From Bacillota bacterium (GTDB lineage: Bacteria > Bacillota > UBA994 > PWPR01): a stretch of DNA of 24,000 nucleotides. The notes beneath the pieces were generated by a model. That model had not been told where the DNA came from, searched no databases, and saw only the letters and a list, made by a program, of their open reading frames with translations. The stretch is taken from positions 7,751 through 31,750 of the forward strand of contig JANQLZ010000052.1 of the NCBI GenBank assembly GCA_028280325.1, in the 5' to 3' direction. The position numbers and the translations under genes were made by a program. Shown here in pieces: positions 1-9,435 of this stretch. How positions within the stretch are numbered: the stretch's first letter is position 1; every line of letters begins with the position of its first letter.

Positions 1-110
1 CATAGACAGGCGTAACCTTTTGATTTTTTTGCCAGAAAAAATAAGATATACTGCTACAATGTATTCAACTGCATTGACACGAAACAAGTAATAAAAATAG
101 AGGTGATATT

Positions 111-1409
111 ATGCTGCAAACACCTAAAGTTGTGTTGATTGGAGTTAACATAAATAATCAAAAGTTTTTTAATGAGTCGATGACGGAGTTAAAGAATCTG
201 GCTGTAGCTTGTCAATTTGAGATTGTCGGTATAGTCGAGCAAAACCTGAAAACTCCTAACCTAAGCTATTACATCGGTTCAGGCAAGACAGAAGAAGTTC
301 AACGTTTAATGGATTACACAGCTGCAGAAATATTGATATTCAACAATGAGCTGTCACCATCGCAGTTGCGAAACCTGGAAAAGCTCTTTGACTGTGAGAT
401 TTTGGACAGAACGGCACTCATTTTAGAGATATTTGCTAAAAGAGCTAAAACCAAAGAGGCTAAATTGCAAGTTGAAATGGCCCATCTTCAATACCTTCTC
501 CCCAGAATTATTGGAGCCGGGCAGGCTCTAAGCAGACAGGGAGGCGGTACTGGTGGTGCCGGCAACAGAAGCAGAGGTGAGGGTGAACAAAAACGAGAGC
601 TGGACCGTAGGAGAATTATTGATAAGAAAAACAAAATAAGACAAGAGCTGGAATTGATCAGCAGATATAGAGCAACTCAACGAAAAAAGAGGAGCTCTTC
701 AGGATTGCCATTAGTGGCTTTAGTCGGCTATACTAATGCCGGTAAATCCAGCTTAATGAATGCCCTGATTGAAGAGTATAGCGGTGCCATAGATAAAAAA
801 GTATTGGAAAAAGACCTGCTTTTTGCTACCCTGGACACTGCTGTCCGGGAGATTAACTTGCCAGACAATAAAAGGTTTCTGTTGGCTGATACAGTTGGTT
901 TCGTCAGTGACTTACCGCATGATCTGGTCAAAGCCTTTCGCTCTACCCTGGAGGAAGTTCGAGAAGCTGATCTGCTGCTTCATGTCATAGACATTTCCAA
1001 TAGCAACTATTTACATCAAATTAAGATTACCGACAGCACCTTAAAGCAAATTGGAGCTGACAAAATTCCCGTGATTAAGGTTTATAACAAGGCAGATTTA
1101 ACAGACTTCAGCCCTCCTTACCTGGGGGTAGAAAATGATATATATATCTCTGCTAAAAAAAAAATCGGCCTTAATGAACTGAGTCAGTTGATTTGCAATG
1201 AAATATTTAAAAAATATATCGACTGTAAAATGCTCATACCGTATGACTGTGGCAAGGTGATAGGCTACATTAATAAACATGCTCATGTCAAGATGATGAA
1301 ATACCAGCATGAAGGTGTAGCCCTGCATTTGTCCTGCAGCGAGGCTGATTTTCGTCGTTATCAACAGTATATTTACCAACCTGCTCCACCAGGCCAGGAG
1401 CACAGTTGA
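111..1409 (+). CDS. hflX: GTPase HflX (ribosome-associated)
   Basis: 432-aa ORF. HflX-type N-terminal region followed by G-domain motifs G1 GYTNAGKSS, G3 DTVGF, G4 NKAD. SD agaggtga just upstream of ATG 111. Confidence 0.9.
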   Translation: MLQTPKVVLIGVNINNQKFFNESMTELKNLAVACQFEIVGIVEQNLKTPNLSYYIGSGKTEEVQRLMDYTAAEILIFNNELSPSQLRNLEKLFDCEILDRTALILEIFAKRAKTKEAKLQVEMAHLQYLLPRIIGAGQALSRQGGGTGGAGNRSRGEGEQKRELDRRRIIDKKNKIRQELELISRYRATQRKKRSSSGLPLVALVGYTNAGKSSLMNALIEEYSGAIDKKVLEKDLLFATLDTAVREINLPDNKRFLLADTVGFVSDLPHDLVKAFRSTLEEVREADLLLHVIDISNSNYLHQIKITDSTLKQIGADKIPVIKVYNKADLTDFSPPYLGVENDIYISAKKKIGLNELSQLICNEIFKKYIDCKMLIPYDCGKVIGYINKHAHVKMMKYQHEGVALHLSCSEADFRRYQQYIYQPAPPGQEHS

Positions 1410-1501
1410 GGGGCTTTTTCAGTAATAACACATGCCTACTCATTAAAAACAGATGTATAGTATAATGCAGTTAGCTGAGAATAATAGCGAGGTCGAAATG
1501 T

Positions 1502-2902
1502 ATGAATAAAAAAAATAAAGTAAAGACAAATAAAAAAATAACCCGGAAAGCCCCCATCAAGAACAAGAGAATGGTGGTTGAATGCCAGAGGATTGACGAT
1601 GCTGGCCGGGGCATAGTAGAAATCTACGATCAAGAGGTGCCCGTACCCAACTTGCTGGCAGGAGAAAGAGCTATTATTGAGGTTATTAAAAAACCGCAGC
1701 ATTTGACTGCCAAGGTAGTTAAAATCAAAAAATCAGCGCCTGGCCGGGTTAAACCCAAATGCCATTTAGCAGCAGATTGTGGGGGCTGTCAATTGCAGCA
1801 CATGTCTGCTGCTATGCAGCAGGAGCTTAAAGAAAACGCAGTAAAAAAGCTGTTGGGTAAATACGGCCCGGTCAATGAAATTATCACTATGGACGAGCCC
1901 TATGATTACCGCAATAAAATTCATTCAACATTTACCTATGGACAGGGTGGAAAAATAATTTCGGGTATGTACGAACAGCACAGCCATTGGGTTTTGCCGG
2001 TAGAACGATGTTATATACAGGACCCGGTCGCTGACCAGATAATTGCTACTATTCGCAGCCTGATGGTTAAACTGAGGATTAAGCCTTTTAACGAGGACAC
2101 TGGTGAAGGATTCATGCGCCATGTTTTGATCAGAACCGGTCAACAAAGCCGGCAAATTATGGTGGTGCTGGTTGCTTCCTCAACAGAGTTTCCTCAAAGA
2201 AACAATTTTATCAGTGCTTTACTCAAAAAACACTCCGAGATAAATACAATTGTTTTAAATATTAATAATAGCAAAACTAATCTGGTTTTGGGCCAGGAAC
2301 AGCAGGTTTTATACGGAGAGGGATTCATTCAGGATACCCTCTGTGGCTGTGTATTTCAGATATCTGCTAAATCCTTTTATCAGGTTAATCCGATTCAGGC
2401 TGAAAAACTTTACCGAAAGGTGATAGAGATGGCAGATTTTAAAGGAACCGAAGTTGTTCTGGATGCCTACAGCGGAATTGGCACAATAGCATTAATTATC
2501 AGTTCCCATGTCAGCCGGGTTATCGGTGTGGAACTGAGCCGAACGGCAGTTAAGGACGCGATAAAAAATGCCAAGCTGAATCAAATTGAGAATGTTCGTT
2601 TTTATCGTGGCGATGCCGGCAGTACTATGCTGGAAATGGCTAAAGCCCGAAAATCAATAGATACAGTTATTCTTGACCCGCCCCGCAGCGGCTGCGATGA
2701 GAGATTTTTGACTGCAATTCAGGAATTAAAGCCTCAAAAAGTAATATACATTTCCTGCAACCCGGTTACCCAGGCCCGGGATATTGCCGTATTGGTCAAG
2801 GGTGGGTATCAGGTAGGGGAGATACAACCACTGGACATGTTCCCTCAAACCCATCACATAGAGGTAGTTGTAGAATTACAAAGAAATGAATATATGAAAT
2901 AG
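1502..2902 (+). CDS. rlmD: 23S rRNA (uracil-C5)-methyltransferase, RumA/RlmD (RlmCD) family
   Basis: 466 aa. TRAM-like N-terminus, Fe-S cysteine cluster CHLAADCGGCQLQH plus a later Cys (ERCY), SAM motif LDAYSGIGTIAL, DPPRSG, catalytic ISCNP. Confidence 0.88.
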   Translation: MNKKNKVKTNKKITRKAPIKNKRMVVECQRIDDAGRGIVEIYDQEVPVPNLLAGERAIIEVIKKPQHLTAKVVKIKKSAPGRVKPKCHLAADCGGCQLQHMSAAMQQELKENAVKKLLGKYGPVNEIITMDEPYDYRNKIHSTFTYGQGGKIISGMYEQHSHWVLPVERCYIQDPVADQIIATIRSLMVKLRIKPFNEDTGEGFMRHVLIRTGQQSRQIMVVLVASSTEFPQRNNFISALLKKHSEINTIVLNINNSKTNLVLGQEQQVLYGEGFIQDTLCGCVFQISAKSFYQVNPIQAEKLYRKVIEMADFKGTEVVLDAYSGIGTIALIISSHVSRVIGVELSRTAVKDAIKNAKLNQIENVRFYRGDAGSTMLEMAKARKSIDTVILDPPRSGCDERFLTAIQELKPQKVIYISCNPVTQARDIAVLVKGGYQVGEIQPLDMFPQTHHIEVVVELQRNEYMK

Positions 2903-3035
2903 TAGTGTTCTCAGGGTTGTAAAGTTTTAAGTTTATCAAGGATAGGCAAAGTTTCAAGAATAATGTACCTAGGCCCATTATAAGAAAACCATAGTCTATA
3001 ATGGTAGTTGAGATGTAGAGTTGAGAGGAAAAATA

Positions 3036-3389
3036 ATGAAAGATCCAATAAACATTGAAGCAATGCTAAAGATGTCACAAGATCTCTGGGAGAAGAATAA
3101 AAACAATTGGTCACCGATGGAACCTGAGCATGGTCGCACATTCATATTGTACATGATTGAAGAAATAGGAGAAGTGATATCCATCATCAAAAAGAAAGGC
3201 GAAAATCAAATTATGGAGAATCCTGAAGTTAGAGAAAGGTTCATAGAGGAAATGTGCGATGTGATGATGTACTATTCGGATGTTTTAAATCGATTTGGAA
3301 TTAGCTCTAAAGAATATAGTGAGGTATACAATAAAAAATTTCAAAGCAACATTACAAGAGACTATAAAGTAGATCATGAGAACAGTTAG
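3036..3389 (+). CDS. MazG-like nucleotide pyrophosphohydrolase (small all-alpha NTP-PPase)
   Basis: The ORF track opens at TTG 3021, but ATG 3036 lies 6 nt after SD gagagga (3023-3029). Paired acidic helices EEIGEV and EEMCDVMMY are typical of the MazG/NTP-PPase fold. Size is about 117 aa. Confidence 0.6.
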   Translation: MKDPINIEAMLKMSQDLWEKNKNNWSPMEPEHGRTFILYMIEEIGEVISIIKKKGENQIMENPEVRERFIEEMCDVMMYYSDVLNRFGISSKEYSEVYNKKFQSNITRDYKVDHENS

Positions 3390-3450
3390 CAGTAAATATA
3401 GAGTGCTTACACCCCGGGTCCCCTAATTGGATCACAGTAAACGTCTTTAA

Positions 3451-3486
3451 GACCCACTCAAAATGAGATTTTGAGTGGGTCTTTTG
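3451..3486 (+). terminator. Rho-independent terminator after the MazG-like gene
   Basis: Perfect 14-bp stem GACCCACTCAAAAT / ATTTTGAGTGGGTC with a 3-nt loop (GAG), followed by TTTTG. It lies between convergent genes. Confidence 0.7.
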
Positions 3487-3518
3487 TATCAGATTATAAT
3501 AATTGTTTAATAAGGTGA

Positions 3519-4466
3519 TTATAGACTCAAAACATAATCGTTAAAAGTATTTTCCAGGTCTGTAAGCAGCTCGAGCTTAGCTATCACTTTTTCTAATTTA
3601 TTTGCCTGAAGATAAGTTTGAGTAGCGCCAAATGCCTTAGCTTTGTTCAAAAAGATATTAGCCAGCTCTTGGTCGTAATCCTTAAAAAAGTTATAGTAGT
3701 CAGAGCATCTTCTGGCTGCCAGTTGAAAACTAAAGAATCTCAGATTATTCTCTACATGAATGGGTAGATTACCTTGTTGCATGACCTTTTTCATATAATT
3801 AAAGGCATTGGCTCCTGTAATTAAACTATTCTGCAAATTATCTTCACCGGCAATGGCGTTTTTCAATCTTGTTATGACATTTGATTTAATTTGGATATCG
3901 TCAGTAGCCCTGACTCTGTTGAATTTTCCCCACATCGAGTATGATCCACTTTTATACACTATTTTTTCGGCGAAACAGGATTCCATAAATATCTCAACAG
4001 GTAGATGTACAAACGGGAACCCTGCTGGATCGTGGAAGTAAATATTGTACTCATCTATATCATAAACAGCAACATAGTGATCAACACCATTCAAGTCCTG
4101 GTGATTAGGATTGCTGATCAAGTAGCCCATGTCTAAGGGGCCGACAATTACAGGTCCGCCCGTCAGGAGATCGTGTAATTTTCTCAGTGCTTTTTCCCTA
4201 TGATTTCCTTCACAATTACTATCGAAATACCTTCCATAACGAAGTCCGAGGTTATCCAAGGCAAAGCTGATAGCTTCTTCTGGATCAAGCATTGGGCTTG
4301 AAAAGAAAGGAACGCTGTTCTCGCCTTTAGTCCAAAACGCACTGAATCCAATCATCATTAAACTCTCTAAGTAACTTGAATGATACTCATAATCAAATGA
4401 CTGTAACACCATTGAGGTAGAGTTAGCGTAACAATAGTGTCCAGATCCGACATAATTTAAGTTCAT
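3519..4466 (-). CDS. BtrH-N-like papain-fold cysteine peptidase/acyltransferase with helical C-terminal domain (DUF4872-like)
   Basis: 315 aa. N-terminal GSGHYCYANS (candidate nucleophile Cys), later GVDHYVAVYDIDEYNIYFHDP (His/Asp region), then an all-helical C-terminus. Strong SD aaggagag upstream of ATG 4466. The family assignment is from memory of the domain layout. Confidence 0.45.
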   Translation of the reverse strand: MNLNYVGSGHYCYANSTSMVLQSFDYEYHSSYLESLMMIGFSAFWTKGENSVPFFSSPMLDPEEAISFALDNLGLRYGRYFDSNCEGNHREKALRKLHDLLTGGPVIVGPLDMGYLISNPNHQDLNGVDHYVAVYDIDEYNIYFHDPAGFPFVHLPVEIFMESCFAEKIVYKSGSYSMWGKFNRVRATDDIQIKSNVITRLKNAIAGEDNLQNSLITGANAFNYMKKVMQQGNLPIHVENNLRFFSFQLAARRCSDYYNFFKDYDQELANIFLNKAKAFGATQTYLQANKLEKVIAKLELLTDLENTFNDYVLSL

Positions 4467-4516
4467 AATACTCTCCTTAATTTACTTTTTGTGTTAAGCT
4501 TATTATATAAGTCTAT

Positions 4517-4535
4517 TACGACATATACTGTCGTA
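4517..4535. promoter_or_regulatory. Inverted repeat, candidate operator of the WYL regulator
   Basis: TACGACA-tatac-TGTCGTA (perfect 7-bp arms) in the 91-bp divergent intergenic region. It sits just downstream of a TATATA -10-like element (4504-4509; TTTACT at 4481-4486 is 17 nt upstream). Confidence 0.35.
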
Positions 4536-4557
4536 GTTGAGGAAAAAGGTGTTCAAA

Positions 4558-5501
4558 TGAATAGGTTTAAGAGGCTTTATACAATTTTACAGACGATAAA
4601 TCGAAAAAAGAAATTTACTGCCCGGGAACTGGCTGAGGAGTTCAATGTTTCGGTAAGAACTATTCAAAGAGATTTATTGGAGCTTGCGGATCTTGGTGTC
4701 AGTTTGTATGCTACCGTTGGTAATTCAGGAGGATATGAAGTTGTAACTGAGAGAGTTTTACCTCCGGTATCTTTCACCGTGAATGAAGCTACAGCGATGT
4801 TTTTCGCTTATAAGTCTTTAGAGAATTACAATCAGCTACCATTTGATATTGAGAGTATTTCGGCATTAGAGAAGCTGTATAACTGTTTACCTGCAGATGC
4901 TAAAGAGAACATAGACAGTATGAGAGATAAAGTCATGTTTTGGTCGCCGCCAAGAGAGAGAACTCTGGAACATCTAAAATCAGTCTTTGAAGCAGTGCTC
5001 AGCTCCAATACGATACAGATTAAATATGTTTCTACAAACAAGACTAAAGCGAGGGTGATACAACCATTTGGTCTGTACACTCAACATGGCTACTGGTATG
5101 CTACGGCCTATTGTTTTAAGAATCAGGAGTTAAGGCAGTTTAGAGTAGACAGAATTAGCGAAGTGGAGTCATCTACCCAGGAGCCATTAGATCAGATTCA
5201 AAAGCTAAAGCTGGAGGATTGGTTTGAAATCCCCCAGAGTAGACTGACAGAGGAATTGCTTGTAGAACTTACAGGCGAGGGTGTCAGGGTGTGTGAGCTG
5301 GAACCTTATCTGGCAAAATACATTGAAAAGAAAGGCGATGGTACAGCTTTTATCTCCTGTAAAATACAAAGAAGTGATCTAAATTACTATGCAAATTTCT
5401 TTCTCAGTGCTGGCAAAGGAGCAAAAGTGATAAGTCCCATAACTTTGTGTGAACTGATTATTGAGAAAATTAAGGATATCGGTACTGTTTACAAAGTATG
5501 A
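4558..5501 (+). CDS. WYL-domain transcriptional regulator (YafY family: HTH-WYL-C-terminal extension)
   Basis: The ORF track opens at 4491, but ATG 4558 follows SD gaggaaaaagg. HTH is ARELAEEFNVSVRTIQRDL. WYL core is HGYWYATAYCFKNQELRQFRVDRI. Confidence 0.82.
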
Positions 5502-5561
5502 TTATACTTTGAGCCAAGGCATAATGGTCAACCGTTGAGGTGGCTGGGGAGTAGCGATATT

Positions 5562-6806
5562 TTATTTAAGCATATTAATAATGATTTTGGCACAGTCTTT
5601 GGCCCCATTTTCTGATCGGATTTTTTCACCGATCATTTTTGCTTTTGTTTGAATTGTTGGATTGTAAGCTTCTGAAATAGCAGCGGCAAGTCTCTTTGGG
5701 GTTAACTTTTTGGCATAAATTGGTTTTACACCAATGCCTAGATCATATGAGCGATGGGCCCAGGCGAACTGATCATTCGAAAAAGGAATAATGATACTTG
5801 GAACTCCTGCTCTAAAGCCGGCAGCAGAAGTACCGGCTCCCCCATGATGGCATACTGCTGAGACATGGTTAAATAGCCAGGTATGTGGAATACTACCCAG
5901 TGCGAAAATGTCTTTTGTAAGTTTAGCAGGCTGACCAAAGCCACTGACAATACCCCGTTTGCCACTGTCTGTGATTGCTTCAACTACCAGTTTACCTAGT
6001 TTATCGTGCTTTTTCATCATAGACATGCTTCCAAAACCTATATAGACTGGTTTTTCACCACTTGCCAAAAAAGCAGCCAATGCAGGATCAGGCCTGTAGT
6101 CATTACTTTCTTCAACAAACCAATAGCCAGTTTGATGGATATGATCGTTCCAGTCATCAGGACGTTTAAAGATATAATTACTACAGGAAACAAGAGCAGG
6201 TTGTTCAGATTTGTTGTGATATTCGAATGGGGCTCTGAAGTCCTGTGGCAAACTTCCAAACTGTTTTTTCCAAAAAGACTTAATAGAACTCTTTGAAGCC
6301 ATCCATAGCATACCTTGCAACATGGTGTAACTCAGTTTTATATTTAGAGCAGTAGGTTTCGATTTACCATACATTACAACAGATAAGTATTCCTTAGTTT
6401 TATGCATTGGAAAAGGTGAAGCAAGCACAGTTGGGATACCCAGCTGTTTGCCAGTAAAATAACCAATAGTACACCCGGGGTGGTAAATGATTAGTTCACT
6501 GTTTTTACATGCTTCGAAGTATTCTTTTGTTGTATAAATGCCATATGATTTCATTTTGTTGAAGGCAAGCAGCATTTTTATTGGATTATCTGCTGAGCCA
6601 GCTGCTTCAAGAAGCTTAGGGTCGATATTCAATGATGATATATCAACACTGATTGGATGGAATCCAATACCATAGCCAGTGATGAAGTTCTCAAAGTTTT
6701 TGTTGCCAACAATACGTACTTCTTTTCCCAGTTTAATTAATTGTTGAGCCAGAGCAATATACGGTTGGAAGTCGCCTCTTGAACCGGCGCAGAGAATTGT
6801 AATCAT
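5562..6806 (-). CDS. GT1-family UDP-glycosyltransferase (MGT/sterol-glucosyltransferase-like)
   Basis: 414 aa. N-terminal ILCAGSRGDFQPYIALAQQL. C-terminal nucleotide-sugar signature HHGGAGTSAAGFRAGVPSIIIPFSNDQ. SD ggggaga. Confidence 0.8.
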   Translation of the reverse strand: MITILCAGSRGDFQPYIALAQQLIKLGKEVRIVGNKNFENFITGYGIGFHPISVDISSLNIDPKLLEAAGSADNPIKMLLAFNKMKSYGIYTTKEYFEACKNSELIIYHPGCTIGYFTGKQLGIPTVLASPFPMHKTKEYLSVVMYGKSKPTALNIKLSYTMLQGMLWMASKSSIKSFWKKQFGSLPQDFRAPFEYHNKSEQPALVSCSNYIFKRPDDWNDHIHQTGYWFVEESNDYRPDPALAAFLASGEKPVYIGFGSMSMMKKHDKLGKLVVEAITDSGKRGIVSGFGQPAKLTKDIFALGSIPHTWLFNHVSAVCHHGGAGTSAAGFRAGVPSIIIPFSNDQFAWAHRSYDLGIGVKPIYAKKLTPKRLAAAISEAYNPTIQTKAKMIGEKIRSENGAKDCAKIIINMLK

Positions 6807-6853
6807 AATGTTCTCCCCATCTTTCAGATTTTAAAGTACACTTGTTTATTCCG

Positions 6854-6865
6854 ACAACCTGTTGT
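6854..6865. promoter_or_regulatory. Short inverted repeat, possible TetR operator
   Basis: ACAAC-ct-GTTGT. It lies in the spacer of a candidate tetR-side promoter (TTGTTT-17-TATGGT) and overlaps the -35 (TTGTCG) of a candidate GT-side promoter (18 nt to TAAAAT). Only 5-bp arms. Confidence 0.2.
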
Positions 6866-6951
6866 ATGGTATTAGTATAAGTGGCTCAAACGCATGATTC
6901 AATCAACAATACTGTAAGAAGTGTTGGATTAATGATAAACGGAGGAAGAAA

Positions 6952-7527
6952 ATGAACAAAAAACAACCTAAAACAACAGCTAAAACAAAACAAGCAATAA
7001 AAGATGCTTTTTGGGAGTTATACAAGCAGCAAAAGATTGAAAAGATTACAGTCAAAGATATTACAATGAGGGCAGGATATAACAGATCAACGTTTTATGC
7101 ATATTTTACAGATGTTTATGATGTACTCGAGCAAATTGAGGAAGATCTGATGCCTGGTGTAGAACATTTGCCACCAGTAGGTGTTACAGTAGAGCATCAA
7201 ACTGATTTAATAAACAATTTAATTCTTATTTATGAGAAGCATAGTGAGTATTATTCGGTACTGCTGAGTGAAAAAGGTGATCCAGGCTTTGCCATTAAAA
7301 TGAAAAATGTATTTAAATCTATGATGATGGAATCTGTCAAAGATCAAACAGCAACCCCCATGGAAGAATTGGATTACGCATTGGAGTTTCTCGTCAGCGC
7401 TACAATTTCAATAATAAAGCATTGGTTTCAACAGGATAAGAATATGCCTAAAGAAAGACTGATGCCCTTGATGTATAAGCTCATGAATAACAAGTTTGTC
7501 CAAGACTTGGGTATTGGGTGGAGATAG
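6952..7527 (+). CDS. TetR/AcrR-family transcriptional regulator
   Basis: 191 aa. N-terminal HTH TVKDITMRAGYNRSTFYAYF. SD ggagg. Divergent from the glycosyltransferase gene. Confidence 0.85.
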   Translation: MNKKQPKTTAKTKQAIKDAFWELYKQQKIEKITVKDITMRAGYNRSTFYAYFTDVYDVLEQIEEDLMPGVEHLPPVGVTVEHQTDLINNLILIYEKHSEYYSVLLSEKGDPGFAIKMKNVFKSMMMESVKDQTATPMEELDYALEFLVSATISIIKHWFQQDKNMPKERLMPLMYKLMNNKFVQDLGIGWR

Positions 7528-7629
7528 TCTTTCGTATATTTATCACAATAATAGACAACTTTTATGATAAAGTTAAGCTTGTATTGCTTTTTCAAGCAAT
7601 TATAGAAATAAAGAGCGGGAAGTGATCAT

Positions 7630-8178
7630 ATGTTGCCTAAGTTATATTACCAAATTAAAGGTAATCAAAGTATAAAAATAAGTTTAGAAGAATTATTTGA
7701 TTTCATAACAACAGAACCAACTAATACAGATCAATATTGGTTTAATACTGAAGAAACACTTATTATACTGGCAGCAAATGCTGCTGGTGGAATTTATGCA
7801 GCCATAGAAAAGGGAGATAACATAGAGAAGTTTCCAATAGTGTATATTAGTTCTGAAGGGCAGGCTGGCAAAATAGCTAAATCGTTCAGCGAGCTAGTTC
7901 AACTTATTATTCAATATCCCTACTGGCATGATATGTTAAGGTTCTCAGATGGGGGAGACTTGGAAAAGATGTTTGAAGCTATTCTATACTTAGAAAATGA
8001 GAGAATAGAGGTTCATTCTGATTATAAAGAAGTTCAGCATCAGATTATTGATAAATTGGGGATTGTCAATCGTAGCGATATATTGGAAAATATGCTAAAA
8101 GTAGTTTTTGAAAAGCCATATTTCAGAGTCTTCTCTGCTAATGATAACACTATGTCTGATCATTTAATCGATATTTAG
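7630..8178 (+). CDS. Hypothetical protein, SMI1/KNR4 (SUKH)-like immunity-type fold suspected
   Basis: 182 aa. The pattern ILAANAAGGIYAAIEKGDNIEKFPIVYISSEGQAGKIAKSFSELVQLI resembles the SUKH core (GG.xY...PVvy...g....iA.sF.efl). Motif reading only. Confidence 0.35.
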   Translation: MLPKLYYQIKGNQSIKISLEELFDFITTEPTNTDQYWFNTEETLIILAANAAGGIYAAIEKGDNIEKFPIVYISSEGQAGKIAKSFSELVQLIIQYPYWHDMLRFSDGGDLEKMFEAILYLENERIEVHSDYKEVQHQIIDKLGIVNRSDILENMLKVVFEKPYFRVFSANDNTMSDHLIDI

Positions 8179-8595
8179 GGCAAGAAAATCATTAAGTATT
8201 ATATAAGCAGTTGCCTATAGTAGAGGTGACTGTGTTTTTCAAGTAAACATTTGATATACATAAACTGCTATTTCGGTTCACAGGTGGAATTTAGTAGTCT
8301 TTATTTAAGTTAGTAGAAGTAATTGACTTCAACATTACAATGACTGCTCAACTTTTTCATGGTTTTCTGTTGTGTTTTTACTACCGGCTGTTGGCTATAT
8401 GTTTATGAAAGAATCAATATATATCTGTTTGATATTTTACTGCCTTTTTTATTTAATGACATTAAAATAATGCAAAATTTGAAAGCAATAAGAAAGGTGA
8501 TAATCCCACTAACTTAATTGACATTGGGTGGAACAGAGATGGAGTGTAAAGCTTAAAACATGAGAATAGAGAATAACTGAGAGGACGTGGTACAA

Positions 8596-9435
8596 ATGAA
8601 GGTTATTTTAAGCAGGAAAGGATTTGATTCTGGAACAGGGGGCTATGCCAGTCCCATAATGCCAGATGGAACATTGCTTTCGTTACCTATTCCAGACTCT
8701 TTTTCAGCTGTTAAATACACAGATATAAATTACAATGGAAGTAGTTATCATACTATAATGAGCTCTTTGAAAGGTGATTATTTAAAAAAAGGCGGAAAGA
8801 AAAGTGTGTTAACTCCAAATTGTACATGTCACTTTGATCCCGACTTGATGAGGAATGCCCTTCCCAGAGAAGAGGGCTGGCGAGGGCTTTTTGGGCAAAT
8901 TGATCGAGTGCAGTCTCATTTAGTAAATCAGGGAATTGAAGAAGGTGATTTGTTTCTTTTCTTTGGTTGGTTTAGAAAAACAATAGTAAGAAATGGTGAG
9001 CTGAAGTTTGATCCCAAAGATAGATTCGGTCGACATATAATTTATGGCTATCTGCAAATTGACCAAATTATTCGAGCAGATAGCGAGAAGAAGCTTGAAA
9101 AATGGATAATGCATCATCCCCATGCATTGGCAAGTAGATTAAGTAGATTTAATAATACGATATACATCTCTAAGGAAAGCCTGACGTTTATCGATAATAA
9201 TCCAGGGTTTGGTGTTTTTAAGTATGCGAGTCATCGCGTATTGACAAAAGCCGGTGAGAAAAACAGATCTTATTGGGGACTTCCAGAGGAGTTTAAGAGC
9301 CTTACTATCTCATGCCATAAGCAAAGTAATTGGCAAGACGGCTACTTCAAATCAAATGCCAGAGGCCAAGAGTTTGTAATCCAGCAAAATCAAATGGTCA
9401 GGCAATGGGTAAAAACACTTTTTAGGAAAGGATGA
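8596..9435 (+). CDS. Conserved hypothetical protein, possibly Nmad3-like (nucleotide-modification-associated domain)
   Basis: The ORF track starts at GTG 8587. ATG 8596 is 10 nt after SD gagagga (8579-8585). N-terminus is MKVILSRKGFDSGTGGYASPIMPDGTLLSLPIPD. The family name is an unverified recollection. Confidence 0.3.
   Translation: MKVILSRKGFDSGTGGYASPIMPDGTLLSLPIPDSFSAVKYTDINYNGSSYHTIMSSLKGDYLKKGGKKSVLTPNCTCHFDPDLMRNALPREEGWRGLFGQIDRVQSHLVNQGIEEGDLFLFFGWFRKTIVRNGELKFDPKDRFGRHIIYGYLQIDQIIRADSEKKLEKWIMHHPHALASRLSRFNNTIYISKESLTFIDNNPGFGVFKYASHRVLTKAGEKNRSYWGLPEEFKSLTISCHKQSNWQDGYFKSNARGQEFVIQQNQMVRQWVKTLFRKG

Noticed and set aside
728-1403. Antisense track ORFs inside hflX (728-931, 1098-1403), and similar nested ORFs inside rlmD, the GT gene, yjjI and katG (for example 1925-2155, 5738-5983, 6006-6296, 17421-17759, 21044-21301, 21268-21492, 21643-21843).
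   Set aside because: They lie entirely within well-supported longer genes on the opposite strand or in another frame. They have no SD and low-complexity or odd composition, so they are shadow ORFs.
4491-4557. Upstream extension of the WYL regulator ORF (GTG 4491).
   Set aside because: It has no SD and would run through the promoter and operator region. ATG 4558 has a good SD and gives the canonical HTH N-terminus.
7527-7600. Hairpin ATTGCTT-tttc-AAGCAAT after the TetR gene, considered as a terminator.
   Set aside because: The stem is AT-rich and 7 bp long, with no following T-run.
8399-8470. 23-codon hydrophobic ORF (MFMKESIYICLIFYCLFYLMTLK) in the 408-nt gap, considered as a type I toxin or small membrane peptide.
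   Set aside because: No SD, no recognisable promoter or antisense partner, and AT-rich sequence yields such ORFs by chance.
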